A stretch of 64,000 nt of DNA from an uncultured Acidimicrobiales bacterium (GCA_943788915.1 CALSSD010000003.1:322663-386662), one strand, 5' to 3'. Counted from the stretch's first letter, positions 1-10,005 are shown. Notes: a model not told the origin generated them from the letters alone. Made by a program: numbers and translations.

Positions 1-62
1 GGTTGATCGATCGTTCGTTCTTTGCGGCCGTTACCTGCTCTAAGGAGCAGCCAGAGCCCCAT

Positions 63-506
63 TCAGCCTTCCGCGATGATCGACGGGACAGCGACGATCA
101 CGATGAACAGGGTTTCGTAGTCCGCGTAGTTCCCCAGCAGGGTGTTGGCCGCGGTGTCGGTCACGTACGCGGCGCCAGCGGCGATGAGTAGGTATCCGAG
201 CGCTCTGGGTGCGTACCGGGATTGCAGCACGAGGACTCCGACGAAGTACATCCAGAACCGAGCCGGGTCAGCATCACTCTGCTCGAGCTGCAACCACGCG
301 ACAGTCTCGGGTCGTCCTGCCAACCACGGCGCAAGTAGCGTGGACTTACCGGAGCCGGCGGGAGCGCTGGCCAGTATCAGCCGCATCTGAGGGCTGATAC
401 CCGCATCGAGCATCTCGTCGAGATGAGAGCGTTGAACAAGGCATTCGGGCAGTGTTGGCGGGCGCAGCTTCGTTGCCGCCAGGCTGATGTCTGGCGGCTG
501 CGTCAT
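63..506 (-). pseudogene. Chimeric remnant: N-terminus of a MalT-like LuxR/STAND ATPase regulator fused to the C-terminus of a DUF4386-like membrane protein
   Basis: TKLRPP...LVQR..L...LILASAPAGSGKSTLL..W...VAWLQLEQSDADPARFW is a typical MalT-like N-terminus with a P-loop. It switches abruptly to VLVLQSRYAPRALGYLLIAAGAAYVTD (DUF4386-like), then TGA at 63-65, with MGLWLLLRAG continuing in frame. Confidence 0.7.
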
Positions 507-631
507 GAAGCAACCCTAGGACCTACACACCAGGCGACGATTGTCGCAACCGTCACGCAGATCGATCTCACCTGGGTGAGATCGGTAGCGGCACGAGGCT
601 CTCTCATGCCTTTGATCGTCAACATAGGAGC

Positions 632-868
632 ATGTCCGAGCCAACCACCTACGAAATCGTGCTTCGGGGCCGAGCTGGCACCCGGATCCTGTGGCCACTC
701 ATCGACGACTTTGTGCTCACCCAGACCGCCGACGGCAATACGCAACTGGTCGGCAAAATCTGTGACCCGTCCCACTTCCACGGAATCCTGGCGCATCTGA
801 CCTCGGTCAACGCGGAAGTCATTTCCCTTTGCCCCTACCCGATCCCCCTTGGCCTGCAGACATCGTGA
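632..868 (+). CDS. Small hypothetical protein of the type often found beside MalT-like regulators in actinobacteria
   Basis: YEIVLRG...T.LVG.I.DPSHFHGIL..L...N.EVISL pattern; AGGAG RBS before ATG. Confidence 0.65.
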   Translation: MSEPTTYEIVLRGRAGTRILWPLIDDFVLTQTADGNTQLVGKICDPSHFHGILAHLTSVNAEVISLCPYPIPLGLQTS

Positions 869-1444
869 GACGTAGCGATGGCTGCACGGACTTCGGCGCG
901 GGCCTCCCACCGACGACCTGATGCTCTCGAGGGTGTTACTCACCACCGTCGACGCCATTGCCACCAGCTGACACTTCACCGAGCGAGATACCCGCCATCC
1001 GAGGTGATCCTGTCCGGCGGCGCAGAGAATCCAATCACCCAAGAAGGAAGAAAACGCAATGTCACGCGAACCCTCGAGATCAGAATCCACTTCGCTGGAT
1101 ACGACGAGCGACCGAGAACGGATCAGGAGCGCACTACCGTGGCTCTGGCTGGCCCTAACAGCGACCTGGTGAGCGATCATCTTCGTCACCGACCAACAAG
1201 CCTGGCCGCTGCCTCTCTGGATCGCAATTACCCTGGGCCTCTGGTCCCGCTTCCGCGGGACCCGCGAACTGGCACCAGACAAGGGCTGACAGCCATCTAC
1301 GACCACCGTTCGTTCACGATGTAGGGCTCCATCGTCGGTCCCATCCAGCCACATGCTGCGTTGACAAGTAGCCAGGTCCACGCCCGACACTTCGCTCAAA
1401 CCAAACTTGTGACCACCACCAAGAGGTAGGACTACTGTTCGACA

Positions 1445-2731
1445 ATGACATCTCCTAAGTTCAGTCCCGCCGAGAACGGCGTTCTTGCGGGTGTGAAAGT
1501 TGTCGAGTTCGCCCAGAACGCTGCGGTTCCGCAATGCGCACGACTCTTGGCAGGAATGGGCGCAGATGTCGTCAAGGTCGAGCCGCCAACCGGCGATGCA
1601 ATGCGGCATCTGGCGCCACTCACTGGGCACGAGAGCCGGGCCTATGCCACGATCAACCCGGGCAAGCGTGCCATCTGTCTCGACCTCACCGCAGAGTCTT
1701 CCCGTCCTGTCGTCGACCGGCTTGTGCAGTGGGCCGACGTCGCGCTCATGGGTTTCAAGCGCACTGATCTGGAGCGGTTTGGGTTGCACTGGGACCGGAT
1801 ACACGATCTGAATCCAACGCTCGTGTCCTTGGAGTTCACCGCCTACGGTCCGAAGGGGCCCGAAGCAGACCAACCCGGCTACGACATGCTCATCCAGGCC
1901 TTCAGCGGACTCGGCTTCAGCATGAATCGCACCAATGACGGCGTGCCGCTTCCCACCCGACCGGCGTTCGTTGATTTTTCCAGCGGCGCAATGGCATGTG
2001 TTGGCGTGGTCGCAGCGTTGCGCCATCGGGATCGGACCGGAGTTGGCGAACGCGTCGATGCATCACTCCTGGGAACAGCGCTTTCACTTGGCACGCCGAT
2101 GTTCCAGCGGTTCGAGCAGGATGCAGAAGGACTTGAGCAGCTCAGAGAGGAACTCGACCTGCTCCGTCAGGCCGGAACCGGATTCGTAGAGCAGCGAGCA
2201 CACTATGAAACCCGAGTGAACTCTGGCTTCTTGTTCCGGGTGTACGTGCGTCCCTATCGCACCGCCGATGGACTCATTTCGATCTCCGGCTTCTCCCCTG
2301 GACTGATTGCTCGGTTCCATGAGCTCACTGGACTTGAGCAACTGCCACTCAGCACCCAACCTGGAACGCCCGACTTCGATCGAGTTGTGGGTGCCGCAGA
2401 AGCACTCTTCGCGACCAAACCCACCGCCGAGTGGCTCGAAGCACTTCAAGAGGTCGGCTATCCCTGCGCCCGCTTCAACACGCCGGACGAAGCTGTTGGC
2501 GAAGTCCAGGCGATCGCCAACGATTACGTGGTCGACCTTGACCACCCTGATTTTGGTGGTTATCGAACGATTGGCATGCCGTTCAGTTTCGGCACCGCCC
2601 CTGTTGGTGTATCGACACCATCACCACGACTGGGCGAACACACGCACCAGGTCCTGACAGAACTCGGCCTTAGCGACGACGAGATCACGAAGCTGCGCGA
2701 CACCGGCGTCGTAAGGACCGACGCTGAGTGA
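1445..2731 (+). CDS. CaiB/BaiF family III CoA-transferase
   Basis: LAGVKVVEF...GADVVKVEPPTGDAMR, NPGKRAICLDL, GYDMLIQAFSG, SPRLGEHT. Confidence 0.92.
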   Translation: MTSPKFSPAENGVLAGVKVVEFAQNAAVPQCARLLAGMGADVVKVEPPTGDAMRHLAPLTGHESRAYATINPGKRAICLDLTAESSRPVVDRLVQWADVALMGFKRTDLERFGLHWDRIHDLNPTLVSLEFTAYGPKGPEADQPGYDMLIQAFSGLGFSMNRTNDGVPLPTRPAFVDFSSGAMACVGVVAALRHRDRTGVGERVDASLLGTALSLGTPMFQRFEQDAEGLEQLREELDLLRQAGTGFVEQRAHYETRVNSGFLFRVYVRPYRTADGLISISGFSPGLIARFHELTGLEQLPLSTQPGTPDFDRVVGAAEALFATKPTAEWLEALQEVGYPCARFNTPDEAVGEVQAIANDYVVDLDHPDFGGYRTIGMPFSFGTAPVGVSTPSPRLGEHTHQVLTELGLSDDEITKLRDTGVVRTDAE

Positions 2732-2764
2732 TCAGATCAAGAATCTGATTGAGTGGCGCACACT

Positions 2765-3025
2765 TACCATCACCGCCGTCGACGGACACCCATACATCGC
2801 CATCGTTGGCGTCGATCTGGGCGCCGGATCCGGTTCCCAGTCCCTCGATGGTGAAGGTGTAGTGCTCAGCCTCGACTCCGGCGATCGTCTCGACGCCGAC
2901 CAATGACGCAGTACCTGCGGGAATCACCATGTCGACGACGCCGGCAAGAACGCTGGTCATGCCGAGCTCGAACGGGGAAGAAAACGTCACTTCTCTGAGC
3001 TGTCCGCCAGCAAAGAACTGCTGAA
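2765..3025 (-). pseudogene. Internal fragment of a lipoprotein/LolA-fold-like gene
   Basis: LVGVETIAGVEAEHYTF...GDVWVSVDGG stretch is protein-like but has no plausible start or end. Confidence 0.35.
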
Positions 3026-3048
3026 ATCCCCGTGCGGCTGGCGGTGGA

Positions 3049-3867
3049 TCAGAGCGCAGTGGGACGCAGCTGGGAACGACTGGTCGCAGACCAATCCGCA
3101 ACGAACCGATAACGATCACCACGGATCGTTGTTGTGCGCCACTCGACCGGCACCCCATCGCGACGACCGAGGCGCTCGAGGAAGAATGCCGCCGCGTTGT
3201 CGCTCAGCTGTAGGCACGCTCGATCAGCGGCAGGCGGCACGACCGGTGTCAGCCGTTCCCACCCTTGATTCGGCACCGGCGCATCACACTTCGTCAACTC
3301 GTCATAAAGTGCCGTATGAGACCAGTCAACATCTAAAAGAGGCTCGCCGATACTCAACGGCAACCACGCTCGATCAACGGCCAGAGGTTCTCCATCGGCG
3401 CTGCGGAGCCGAGCAAGCAACACCAGTTTGGTGTCTTCCGGGACTTCGAGATGTGATGCGGCGACCGTGTCGGTCACAATTTCAAGCGCTAGCACCTCGC
3501 TTGTCTGTTCGGCGCCAGCCGCCTCTACTGAATCAAACAAGCTGTAGAGCGTTCCCAAAGACTGTTCGAACTCAGAGCGATTCACCACCGTGCCGCGTCC
3601 TCGTTCACGCCGCAGCACCCCTGCTTTGTTGAGCTGCCTGACCGCTTCTCGCACGGTATGGCGGCTTACGGCATAGGCCTCGGTGAGCACCAAGTCGGTT
3701 GGGAACCCTTCGTCAAACTCGCCGTCTTCGAGCCGACGCCGTAGGTCGGTCTCCAACTGTGCCCACAACGGCAGTGGGCTCGAACGATCAAGCCGAACAA
3801 CGTTTGCAGCGATGACTGGTGGAGCGAGCCTAGGAGTGGGTACTGCGATAGCCATTGAGGCCGCCAT
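3049..3867 (-). CDS. GntR (HutC/UTRA) family transcriptional regulator; start uncertain (3810-3867)
   Basis: PLWAQL...FPTD..L...YAVSRHTVREAV..L...G.L.RERGRGTVV wHTH plus C-terminal UTRA (RLRSADGEPLAVD, RGDRYRF). Confidence 0.9.
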   Translation of the reverse strand: MAASMAIAVPTPRLAPPVIAANVVRLDRSSPLPLWAQLETDLRRRLEDGEFDEGFPTDLVLTEAYAVSRHTVREAVRQLNKAGVLRRERGRGTVVNRSEFEQSLGTLYSLFDSVEAAGAEQTSEVLALEIVTDTVAASHLEVPEDTKLVLLARLRSADGEPLAVDRAWLPLSIGEPLLDVDWSHTALYDELTKCDAPVPNQGWERLTPVVPPAADRACLQLSDNAAAFFLERLGRRDGVPVEWRTTTIRGDRYRFVADWSATSRSQLRPTAL

Positions 3868-4180
3868 CGATAAATTTTGCGTTGCGATATCCCATGCTCT
3901 TGAGCGTCGCTGCCGAGAGTGCTCCACGGTTCACGGCGTTGCAGTAACAGAGGACGGTTGTGTCAAGGTCAGGGATCTGGCCCTCGATATTCATCTCGAG
4001 CGTCCCGCGACTCACGTGTAGTGAGCCCTCGATGTGGCCTGCGTCATGTTCCTCTTTGTCGCGGATGTCGAGGGCTACGGCGCCAGACAAAATAAGTGCG
4101 TCGACATCCGCGGGAGTTACGGAGTCGACTTGGGAGCAGGCTTGTTCAGCAAGTGCTTGAAATTTCTCTGTGTATGCCAT
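3830..4180 (-). CDS. Single-domain rhodanese
   Basis: LDIRDKEEHDAGHIEGS, active-site loop CYCNAVNRG, IDGGLNGY. Confidence 0.88.
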   Translation of the reverse strand: MAYTEKFQALAEQACSQVDSVTPADVDALILSGAVALDIRDKEEHDAGHIEGSLHVSRGTLEMNIEGQIPDLDTTVLCYCNAVNRGALSAATLKSMGYRNAKFIDGGLNGYRSTHS

Positions 4181-4223
4181 GTGATGCCTCGTTTGGGTTG
4201 TTTGTTATCGGGTGTGGTGGGTT

Positions 4224-4269
4224 GGCGTGGCGGTGCAGTCACAACGGGACGTGTCCGCACCGCCACGCC
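4224..4269. terminator. Intra-operon 13-bp perfect stem-loop (terminator, attenuator or mRNA stabiliser)
   Basis: GGCGTGGCGGTGC (4224-4236) and GCACCGCCACGCC (4257-4269), immediately after the stop of the 4275-5657 gene. Confidence 0.5.
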
Positions 4270-4274
4270 GAAGT

Positions 4275-5657
4275 TCAGACCGAGGCGGGTGTCAGCTCGG
4301 TCCACGCGCCATAACCGCCCAGAATGTCGGAGACATCTTCGAACCCGGCTTGGCGCAACATGCTGGCCCCAACTGATGAGCGGTAGCCACCAGCACAGAA
4401 CACAACAGTGGGTGCGGCTGGGTCGAGTTCGTCGATGCGGCTCGGAAGTTGGCTGACGGGGATGGCGTCAGCACCGTCGATTGATCCGAGCGCGAACTCG
4501 CCAGGATTACGGATGTCGACAAGTTGCAGCCCTTCGATCTGAGCGCGACGCTGGGCAAACTCACCGGCTGTCATCCTGGAAGCTCGTTGTACTCGCTCTG
4601 GGTGCGACGTCATCACTGCCAACGGGTGCTCGAGGTAGCCAACAACTCGGTCAAAGCCGATGCGTGCCAATCGGTTCTTTGCTTCGAGTTCAAACCCGGC
4701 ATCAACGACCAACACGATGTCGGCATCGTTTGGCACTACAGAGCCTGCGAATTCCGCGTAGCGACCGTTGAGGCCGACATTGATGGAACCAACAAGGTGG
4801 CCATGGCCAAACTCTTCGGGGTCACGGCCATCGACAACCAAGGCGCCGGCAGCAACCGCGGCGTCGACCTCGTCGAGGTTGAGCGCCGTAGGCAACTTGG
4901 TTTCATCGAGTACCGGGCGATCCTTACGGTTGAGGACTGCGTCGTAGGCAAAGTAGCCGGGGGCGGGAGCTTGCCCTTCGGTCACCAGTTGCACGAATGT
5001 TTCACGGTCTGGGGCGAGCAACGCATAGTTATTGCGTCGCTGATCACCCATGGTCGACCAGGTGTCTGTCGACAGGTTTTTGCCGCACGCGGAACCTGCG
5101 CCGTGAGCCGGGTAGACCTTGGTCTCATCGGGCAGTGGCAGCAGCTTGTTGTGCAAGCTGTCGTAGAGATTCTCGGCTAGCTCGTTACTCGTGAAACCAA
5201 TCGAAGAAAGAAGATCAGGTCGCCCGACATCGCCGATAAAGAGCGTGTCGCCGGTCAACACTCCATACGGGACCTCGTCGCCGGCGTGCTCTCGCACCAC
5301 GATGCTTATCGATTCAGGTGTGTGGCCAGGGGTGTGCAGGATCTCCAGTTCGACCTCGCCAAGCGAGATGCGTTCACCGTCCGCGAGCTTGCGAGATGCG
5401 AACTCGGTCTCTGCTGCTGCCGAGAAAGCGATGTCAGCGCCGGTCGCTTCTGCCAGTTCGAGGTGGCCCGACAAGAAGTCGGCATGGAAATGGGTTTCGA
5501 GAACCAGTTCGATGGTCAGTCCCGCTGCTTCAGCGTCGGCAAGGTATTCGCCAACGTCTCGACGCGGGTCGACAACAACGGCGCGACCCGTGGTTTCATC
5601 ACCAATGAGATAGGACGCCTGGGAGAGGCAGTCGAGGTAGTACTGAGTGAACTTCAT
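4275..5657 (-). CDS. Persulfide dioxygenase (MBL fold)-rhodanese fusion, CstB-like
   Basis: ETHFHADFLSGH, HTPGHTPES, TGDTLFIGDVGRPDL, PAHGAGSACGK, two rhodanese domains, last with CAGGYRS. Confidence 0.92.
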   Translation of the reverse strand: MKFTQYYLDCLSQASYLIGDETTGRAVVVDPRRDVGEYLADAEAAGLTIELVLETHFHADFLSGHLELAEATGADIAFSAAAETEFASRKLADGERISLGEVELEILHTPGHTPESISIVVREHAGDEVPYGVLTGDTLFIGDVGRPDLLSSIGFTSNELAENLYDSLHNKLLPLPDETKVYPAHGAGSACGKNLSTDTWSTMGDQRRNNYALLAPDRETFVQLVTEGQAPAPGYFAYDAVLNRKDRPVLDETKLPTALNLDEVDAAVAAGALVVDGRDPEEFGHGHLVGSINVGLNGRYAEFAGSVVPNDADIVLVVDAGFELEAKNRLARIGFDRVVGYLEHPLAVMTSHPERVQRASRMTAGEFAQRRAQIEGLQLVDIRNPGEFALGSIDGADAIPVSQLPSRIDELDPAAPTVVFCAGGYRSSVGASMLRQAGFEDVSDILGGYGAWTELTPASV

Positions 5658-5702
5658 GATGTGTGCTCCTGCTAGATCTTTCTGCTGTTCGGGTTGGGGG
5701 AC

Positions 5703-6284
5703 TTACGCGGCCTTGAGTTCTTCAAGAATGCCGCTGATGTCACAAGCGTTGGTGCGGTTGTATGGGAGCTTGGCCAGCACTGCTGCCATAGCGCAGGTGT
5801 TTGACACCGCTGAGTAGGCGAGGCCAGCGCCGACGCCTGCTGCGATCCATTCCAGACCTGGGACAAAGATGCTTGCGACAACCGCCACGATGGCGAATAT
5901 GCCAGCGACGAAGCGGACTTGGCGGTCCATGGCCCACCGGGTGGTGTTGCCGACCGTGACGTCTCCCCCAGCTTCCTGCCAGCTGGTCATGCCGCCTTCG
6001 AGGATGTGCAACGTTGCCTTGCCAGCTTCGGTCAGTTTCTCATGCGCTTGACTGGCCCGGCCGCCGCTTTGGCAAACCAGGACAACGGGATGATCAACGT
6101 CTGCGAGATCACGGACGTGTTCGCCCAGGGTGTCCAGCGGCACGTTGTACGAACCAGGGATATGTGAGTTTTCAAATTCACCGCCGGTGCGCACATCAAG
6201 GATGCGTATCGCTGGGTCTTCGAGCTGCAGCTGTTGAAGCTGGGCGACATCGATGACGTCGGTTGCTGGGAAAGTGGTGGTCAT
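5703..6284 (-). CDS. Rhodanese + DUF2892 membrane domain (YgaP-like)
   Basis: LDVRTGGEFENSHIPGS, VCQSGGRA, then RQVRFVAG...GL.YSAVSNTCAMAAVLAKLPYN. Confidence 0.9.
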   Translation of the reverse strand: MTTTFPATDVIDVAQLQQLQLEDPAIRILDVRTGGEFENSHIPGSYNVPLDTLGEHVRDLADVDHPVVLVCQSGGRASQAHEKLTEAGKATLHILEGGMTSWQEAGGDVTVGNTTRWAMDRQVRFVAGIFAIVAVVASIFVPGLEWIAAGVGAGLAYSAVSNTCAMAAVLAKLPYNRTNACDISGILEELKAA

Positions 6285-6850
6285 GATGCCTCCAAGGCAA
6301 TGAGGGATTGGGTGAGTGTTGGTGTTGTGACGGGTATGAGTTCGCCCGTCACGAGGTCATGTACGGCGCCGCGGATCTCGAGGTTTCCCGCTCGTGCTGC
6401 CTGTCCAACCGGCCCATCGTGATCAACGAGCGCTTGCACGGTGGCTGCAACATTGAGCGCCGAGATTTCATCCGGAGTGGCGTCAGGGCGGGCCTTTGCG
6501 ATTTCGCAGATCGAGCTGACAACTGGTGCCAGGTGTCCACCGCATGTGCCAGCAACTGCAGCGCCTACGGCTCCGCAGCTGGTGTGGCCCAGAACAACGA
6601 TGAGGTCAACGTCGAGGCTGGCAACTGCGTAGTCAAGACTGGCCAGAGCGGAAGGCACTGCGGTATTGCCTGCTATCCGGATGACGAAGAGATTTCCTGC
6701 TGGTTGGTCGAAGATGACCGATGGAGGCACTCGTGCATCGGAGCAGGCAAGGATCGCCGCTTTGGGTTCGTGATTGGGCGGCCGTGTTACCGGCCCAGGG
6801 GTGGAGGCTCGGTGTGCGTTGACCAGCGTGTTCCAGGATGTTTCAGACAT
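6281..6850 (-). CDS. Beta-class carbonic anhydrase
   Basis: ILACSDARV (CxDxR), FVIRIAGN, GHTSCGAV (HxxC). Confidence 0.92.
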   Translation of the reverse strand: MSETSWNTLVNAHRASTPGPVTRPPNHEPKAAILACSDARVPPSVIFDQPAGNLFVIRIAGNTAVPSALASLDYAVASLDVDLIVVLGHTSCGAVGAAVAGTCGGHLAPVVSSICEIAKARPDATPDEISALNVAATVQALVDHDGPVGQAARAGNLEIRGAVHDLVTGELIPVTTPTLTQSLIALEAS

Positions 6851-8606
6851 TGCAGTCAACCTTCGCTCCAGATGTGGTGGTAGCTGTTGGGGTACGTTCG
6901 TCGATGCCGTGGCGGCGCTGATCGGCGGGTGCCGGCTTTCCGGCCCTGATCACCGTGAGAGCATCGTTGGTGCTGGTGTGGACATGGTCGCTGAGCTCGT
7001 CCCAGATGCCAGATCGGCGAAGCACATCTCGGACGGGGCCTTTCACATCAGACAGGTGCAACTCGACGTTGCGTGATGCGACCTCGTTGAGCAGGTCATG
7101 GAACATCTCGGCGCCAGTGGCGTCCAGATCATTTATCCCCGATGCATCCAGAACGAGCGCTCGTGGCTCCTGAGTGATCTGGTCGGCGTGATCGAGGATG
7201 AGTTTCTTCACGTTGACGGCATTGACGAATGACACCGCAGCGTCGATGCGCACAATATGGACTCCCTCAATGGTCTGGGCTTCAGGGAAACGTTCGACGT
7301 TGCGGTAGCTGGTCGTTCCATCGACGTGGCCGAGCACCGCTGAGTGCGGCATCGATATGCGGGCGAACACCACCAGCACCGATGCAACCACCGCTACCAA
7401 GATGCCGAGTTCGATCCCCAAGATCAGGGTTGCGAAGAACGCCACGCTCAGGCCGATGAGGTCACTCTTTTTTACCTGGGCGATGTGTCGCATCTCCGCG
7501 GTATCGATCAGACCGGTGACTGCCATGATGATAATGGCGCCAAGGGCTGCGTTGGGCAACGATGCGAAGAGTGGTGTTAAGAACGCGATGGTCACCAACA
7601 CGATTCCGGCGGTGATGAGCGATGCGAATGGGGTGCGAGCGCCGGCCGTGTCGTTGACTGCAGTTCGAGAGAAGCCGCCGGTCACTGGGTAACCGCCGAA
7701 GAGGCCGGCGGCGACGTTGGCGGCGCCTAGACCAATGAGTTCGCTGTTCGCAACCACTTCGTAGCGGTGACGGCGGGCGTATACCTTGGCCACGGCGATC
7801 GACTCCATGAAACCAACGATCGTGATCACAAACGCGGTGGGCAGAAGTGTTCCCATAAGGGAGCCGTCGAAGTCTGGTAGGCCGAACGCGGGGAGTTTGT
7901 CGGGGATATCTCCAACAACCTTGACGCCACGATCCTCGAGGTTGAATAGCTGCACTGCGAGGATCGAGCCAACTACCACCACGAGCGCGGCCGGGACTTT
8001 GGGGGCGAATCGTTTCAGCGAGAACAACGAAGCGAGTGAAACACTGCCGAGAACCAGCGTGGTTGAGTTGGTTGCTGAGAGGTTGTCGACGACCTCACGA
8101 ACGGTTTCGTAGAAGTGTTCTTTGCGTTCGATGGAGATGCCGAAGATGTGTTTGGCCTGCGAGAACCCGATGATGATCGCTGCCGCGGCGGTGAAACCGA
8201 CCAGCACCGAATGTGACAAGAAGTTCACCAGGAATCCGAGGCGGCCAAGACCGAGGACGATGTGAATGACACCAACTATCAACGCCAACAGCGCTGCGGT
8301 GGCCAAATACGCTGCGGTCCCCTCCTCGACCAAAGGCACAAGTGCGGACGCAGTCAATAGCGAGACGATCGCGACAGGACCTACCGCGAGCTGGCGAGAG
8401 GTGCCGAACAGTGCGTAGATGATCACCGGGATCGTTGCGGCGTACAGGCCCACCTCGGCCGGAAGCCCAGCGAGTAACGCATAGGCCATGGCTTGCGGGA
8501 CCAGCATTGCGCCAACCGTGAGCCCAGCAGCTAGATCGCTGCGCAGATCCGTCCGGTCATATCGCGGTGCCCAAGACAGGATCGGAAGAATCTTCGCAAC
8601 GTTCAT
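6843..8606 (-). CDS. SulP/SLC26 anion transporter with STAS domain
   Basis: DLAAGLTVGAMLVPQAMAYA, GTSRQLAVGPVA, GGFSRTAVN, STAS LVLDASGINDLDATG. Confidence 0.95.
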   Translation of the reverse strand: MNVAKILPILSWAPRYDRTDLRSDLAAGLTVGAMLVPQAMAYALLAGLPAEVGLYAATIPVIIYALFGTSRQLAVGPVAIVSLLTASALVPLVEEGTAAYLATAALLALIVGVIHIVLGLGRLGFLVNFLSHSVLVGFTAAAAIIIGFSQAKHIFGISIERKEHFYETVREVVDNLSATNSTTLVLGSVSLASLFSLKRFAPKVPAALVVVVGSILAVQLFNLEDRGVKVVGDIPDKLPAFGLPDFDGSLMGTLLPTAFVITIVGFMESIAVAKVYARRHRYEVVANSELIGLGAANVAAGLFGGYPVTGGFSRTAVNDTAGARTPFASLITAGIVLVTIAFLTPLFASLPNAALGAIIIMAVTGLIDTAEMRHIAQVKKSDLIGLSVAFFATLILGIELGILVAVVASVLVVFARISMPHSAVLGHVDGTTSYRNVERFPEAQTIEGVHIVRIDAAVSFVNAVNVKKLILDHADQITQEPRALVLDASGINDLDATGAEMFHDLLNEVASRNVELHLSDVKGPVRDVLRRSGIWDELSDHVHTSTNDALTVIRAGKPAPADQRRHGIDERTPTATTTSGAKVDCNV

Positions 8607-8612
8607 AGTCCT

Positions 8613-8640
8613 AATATACGTACATTTGGACAAATGTCAA
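8613..8640 (-). promoter_or_regulatory. Sigma-70 promoter of the sulP operon (probably leaderless) with overlapping palindromic operator
   Basis: Minus strand TTGACA-16nt-TATATT-6nt-ATG; palindrome ACATTTG-GA-CAAATGT at 8622-8637. Confidence 0.6.
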
Positions 8641-8757
8641 CCGATGATCCTCAAACCACGAAAACAGACACCCCCTTTACCCCACCTGCGGGCCGTATCA
8701 GGGTCCTTCGCTCGGCTGCGACGCCTGCGCTCTATCTCCTAAGCGTTAGCATCGAGC

Positions 8758-10005
8758 ATGCCTCCGCATCTTGGACCCACCTGCGTCATTGGCGCTGGAA
8801 TCATCGGCGCTTCAGCCGCACTCCACCTGATCGAGTCTGGCGCTCGTGATGTCATCGTCATCGACGCTGGTGAACCGCTGACCGGCACGACACCAGCCGG
8901 CGCCGGCTTCGTCGCACGTTTCGGCGCTGATCACAACCGTCGGCTTGGTTCGTGCACCATCCCGCTGCAGGAGTACGGCCTGGAGTTCTACCGAGGTCTG
9001 CACGAGTCGGGCGCAGATCTCGAATTTGCGAGCAACGGAAATGTGGTGCTCGCCTGCACGCCAACCATGCTCGACACGTTGGCCGACGGCATCATGGGAC
9101 ACCCCCATGTGGGCGCTGGCACGCGCGTGCTCGACGCGGACGGTGTCGCAGAAGTCATGTGTGGAGCGGTCGATCCAGCGGCCGTCGCTGGTGGCATCTA
9201 TATGCCAGAAGCCATTCAGCTCACCACCGGTCTCGCTCAGCAGGAAATCATTACCCGTCTCGAAGATGCGGGTGTGCAGTTCCAGTGGGACACGCCAGCA
9301 ACGGGTGTGCGCATCGTCGATGGCGCAGTCACCGGCGTGGAGACCACCAAGGGCACGATCGATGCGTCGACCATCGTGTTCGCTGCTGGGGCATGGAATC
9401 AGACCCTCCTGGAGTCCGTGGATCGCCGCCTCCCGCTCATCCCGATGGTCGCGACCCGCTGTGTCTCCGAGCCGGCAGGCTTGTCGCCGCTCATGCCGAC
9501 GGTGCAGTGCCTGGAGCTTCACCTGTGGCTTCGAGAGTTGCACGGCGCATTCTCGTGGGGCGGCAGTTTTTCGTATCGGCTCCTGTCGGCGCTCGAAGAG
9601 GACGGACTTGAGTTCGGATACGGGCGCCCGGTGTCGCAGTCGCTGCTCGATGCGCAGTATGCCTCTCAGGAAAATATCGCCGCAGTCTTCCCGGCGCTGT
9701 CCGGGCTCTCGACAACCGAGACCATCCAAGGAATCCCCGTCTATACCGTCGACGGCGGGCTCTACGTCGGAGCGGTGCCCGGCATCGATGGCCTGTGGGC
9801 CCTCGCTGGCGACAGCGAGTCCGGCATAACCCACGGACCCGGCATGGGCAAACTTGTTGCCCAACTCATCATGGGTGAGACCCCCTTTGCTGACCCAACA
9901 CCGTTCCGCCTCGACCGCATTGACCCTGCGACCTACCCGGACGAGGCATCCATGGTCGCCGCCATGGCCGAAGACCGCATCGCCACCGCCGCCCAACTCA
10001 ACTGA
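8758..10005 (+). CDS. FAD-dependent oxidoreductase, DAO/sarcosine-oxidase-beta-like
   Basis: VIGAGIIGASAA Rossmann motif, VFAAGAW, GITHGPGMGKLVAQLI. Confidence 0.88.
   Translation: MPPHLGPTCVIGAGIIGASAALHLIESGARDVIVIDAGEPLTGTTPAGAGFVARFGADHNRRLGSCTIPLQEYGLEFYRGLHESGADLEFASNGNVVLACTPTMLDTLADGIMGHPHVGAGTRVLDADGVAEVMCGAVDPAAVAGGIYMPEAIQLTTGLAQQEIITRLEDAGVQFQWDTPATGVRIVDGAVTGVETTKGTIDASTIVFAAGAWNQTLLESVDRRLPLIPMVATRCVSEPAGLSPLMPTVQCLELHLWLRELHGAFSWGGSFSYRLLSALEEDGLEFGYGRPVSQSLLDAQYASQENIAAVFPALSGLSTTETIQGIPVYTVDGGLYVGAVPGIDGLWALAGDSESGITHGPGMGKLVAQLIMGETPFADPTPFRLDRIDPATYPDEASMVAAMAEDRIATAAQLN

Noticed and set aside
63..65. Selenocysteine or recoded TGA in the DUF4386-like remnant
   Set aside because: Lies in a hydrophobic helix of an already broken gene with no redox motif; other genes use TGA as a normal stop
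878..1324. 148-aa ORF
   Set aside because: No motif and atypical composition; the region looks like decayed gene fragments
503..2026. 507-aa minus-strand ORF and similar long antisense ORFs (8812-10026, 34620-36113, 41687-42715)
   Set aside because: Shadow frames of well-supported opposite-strand genes in GC-rich DNA
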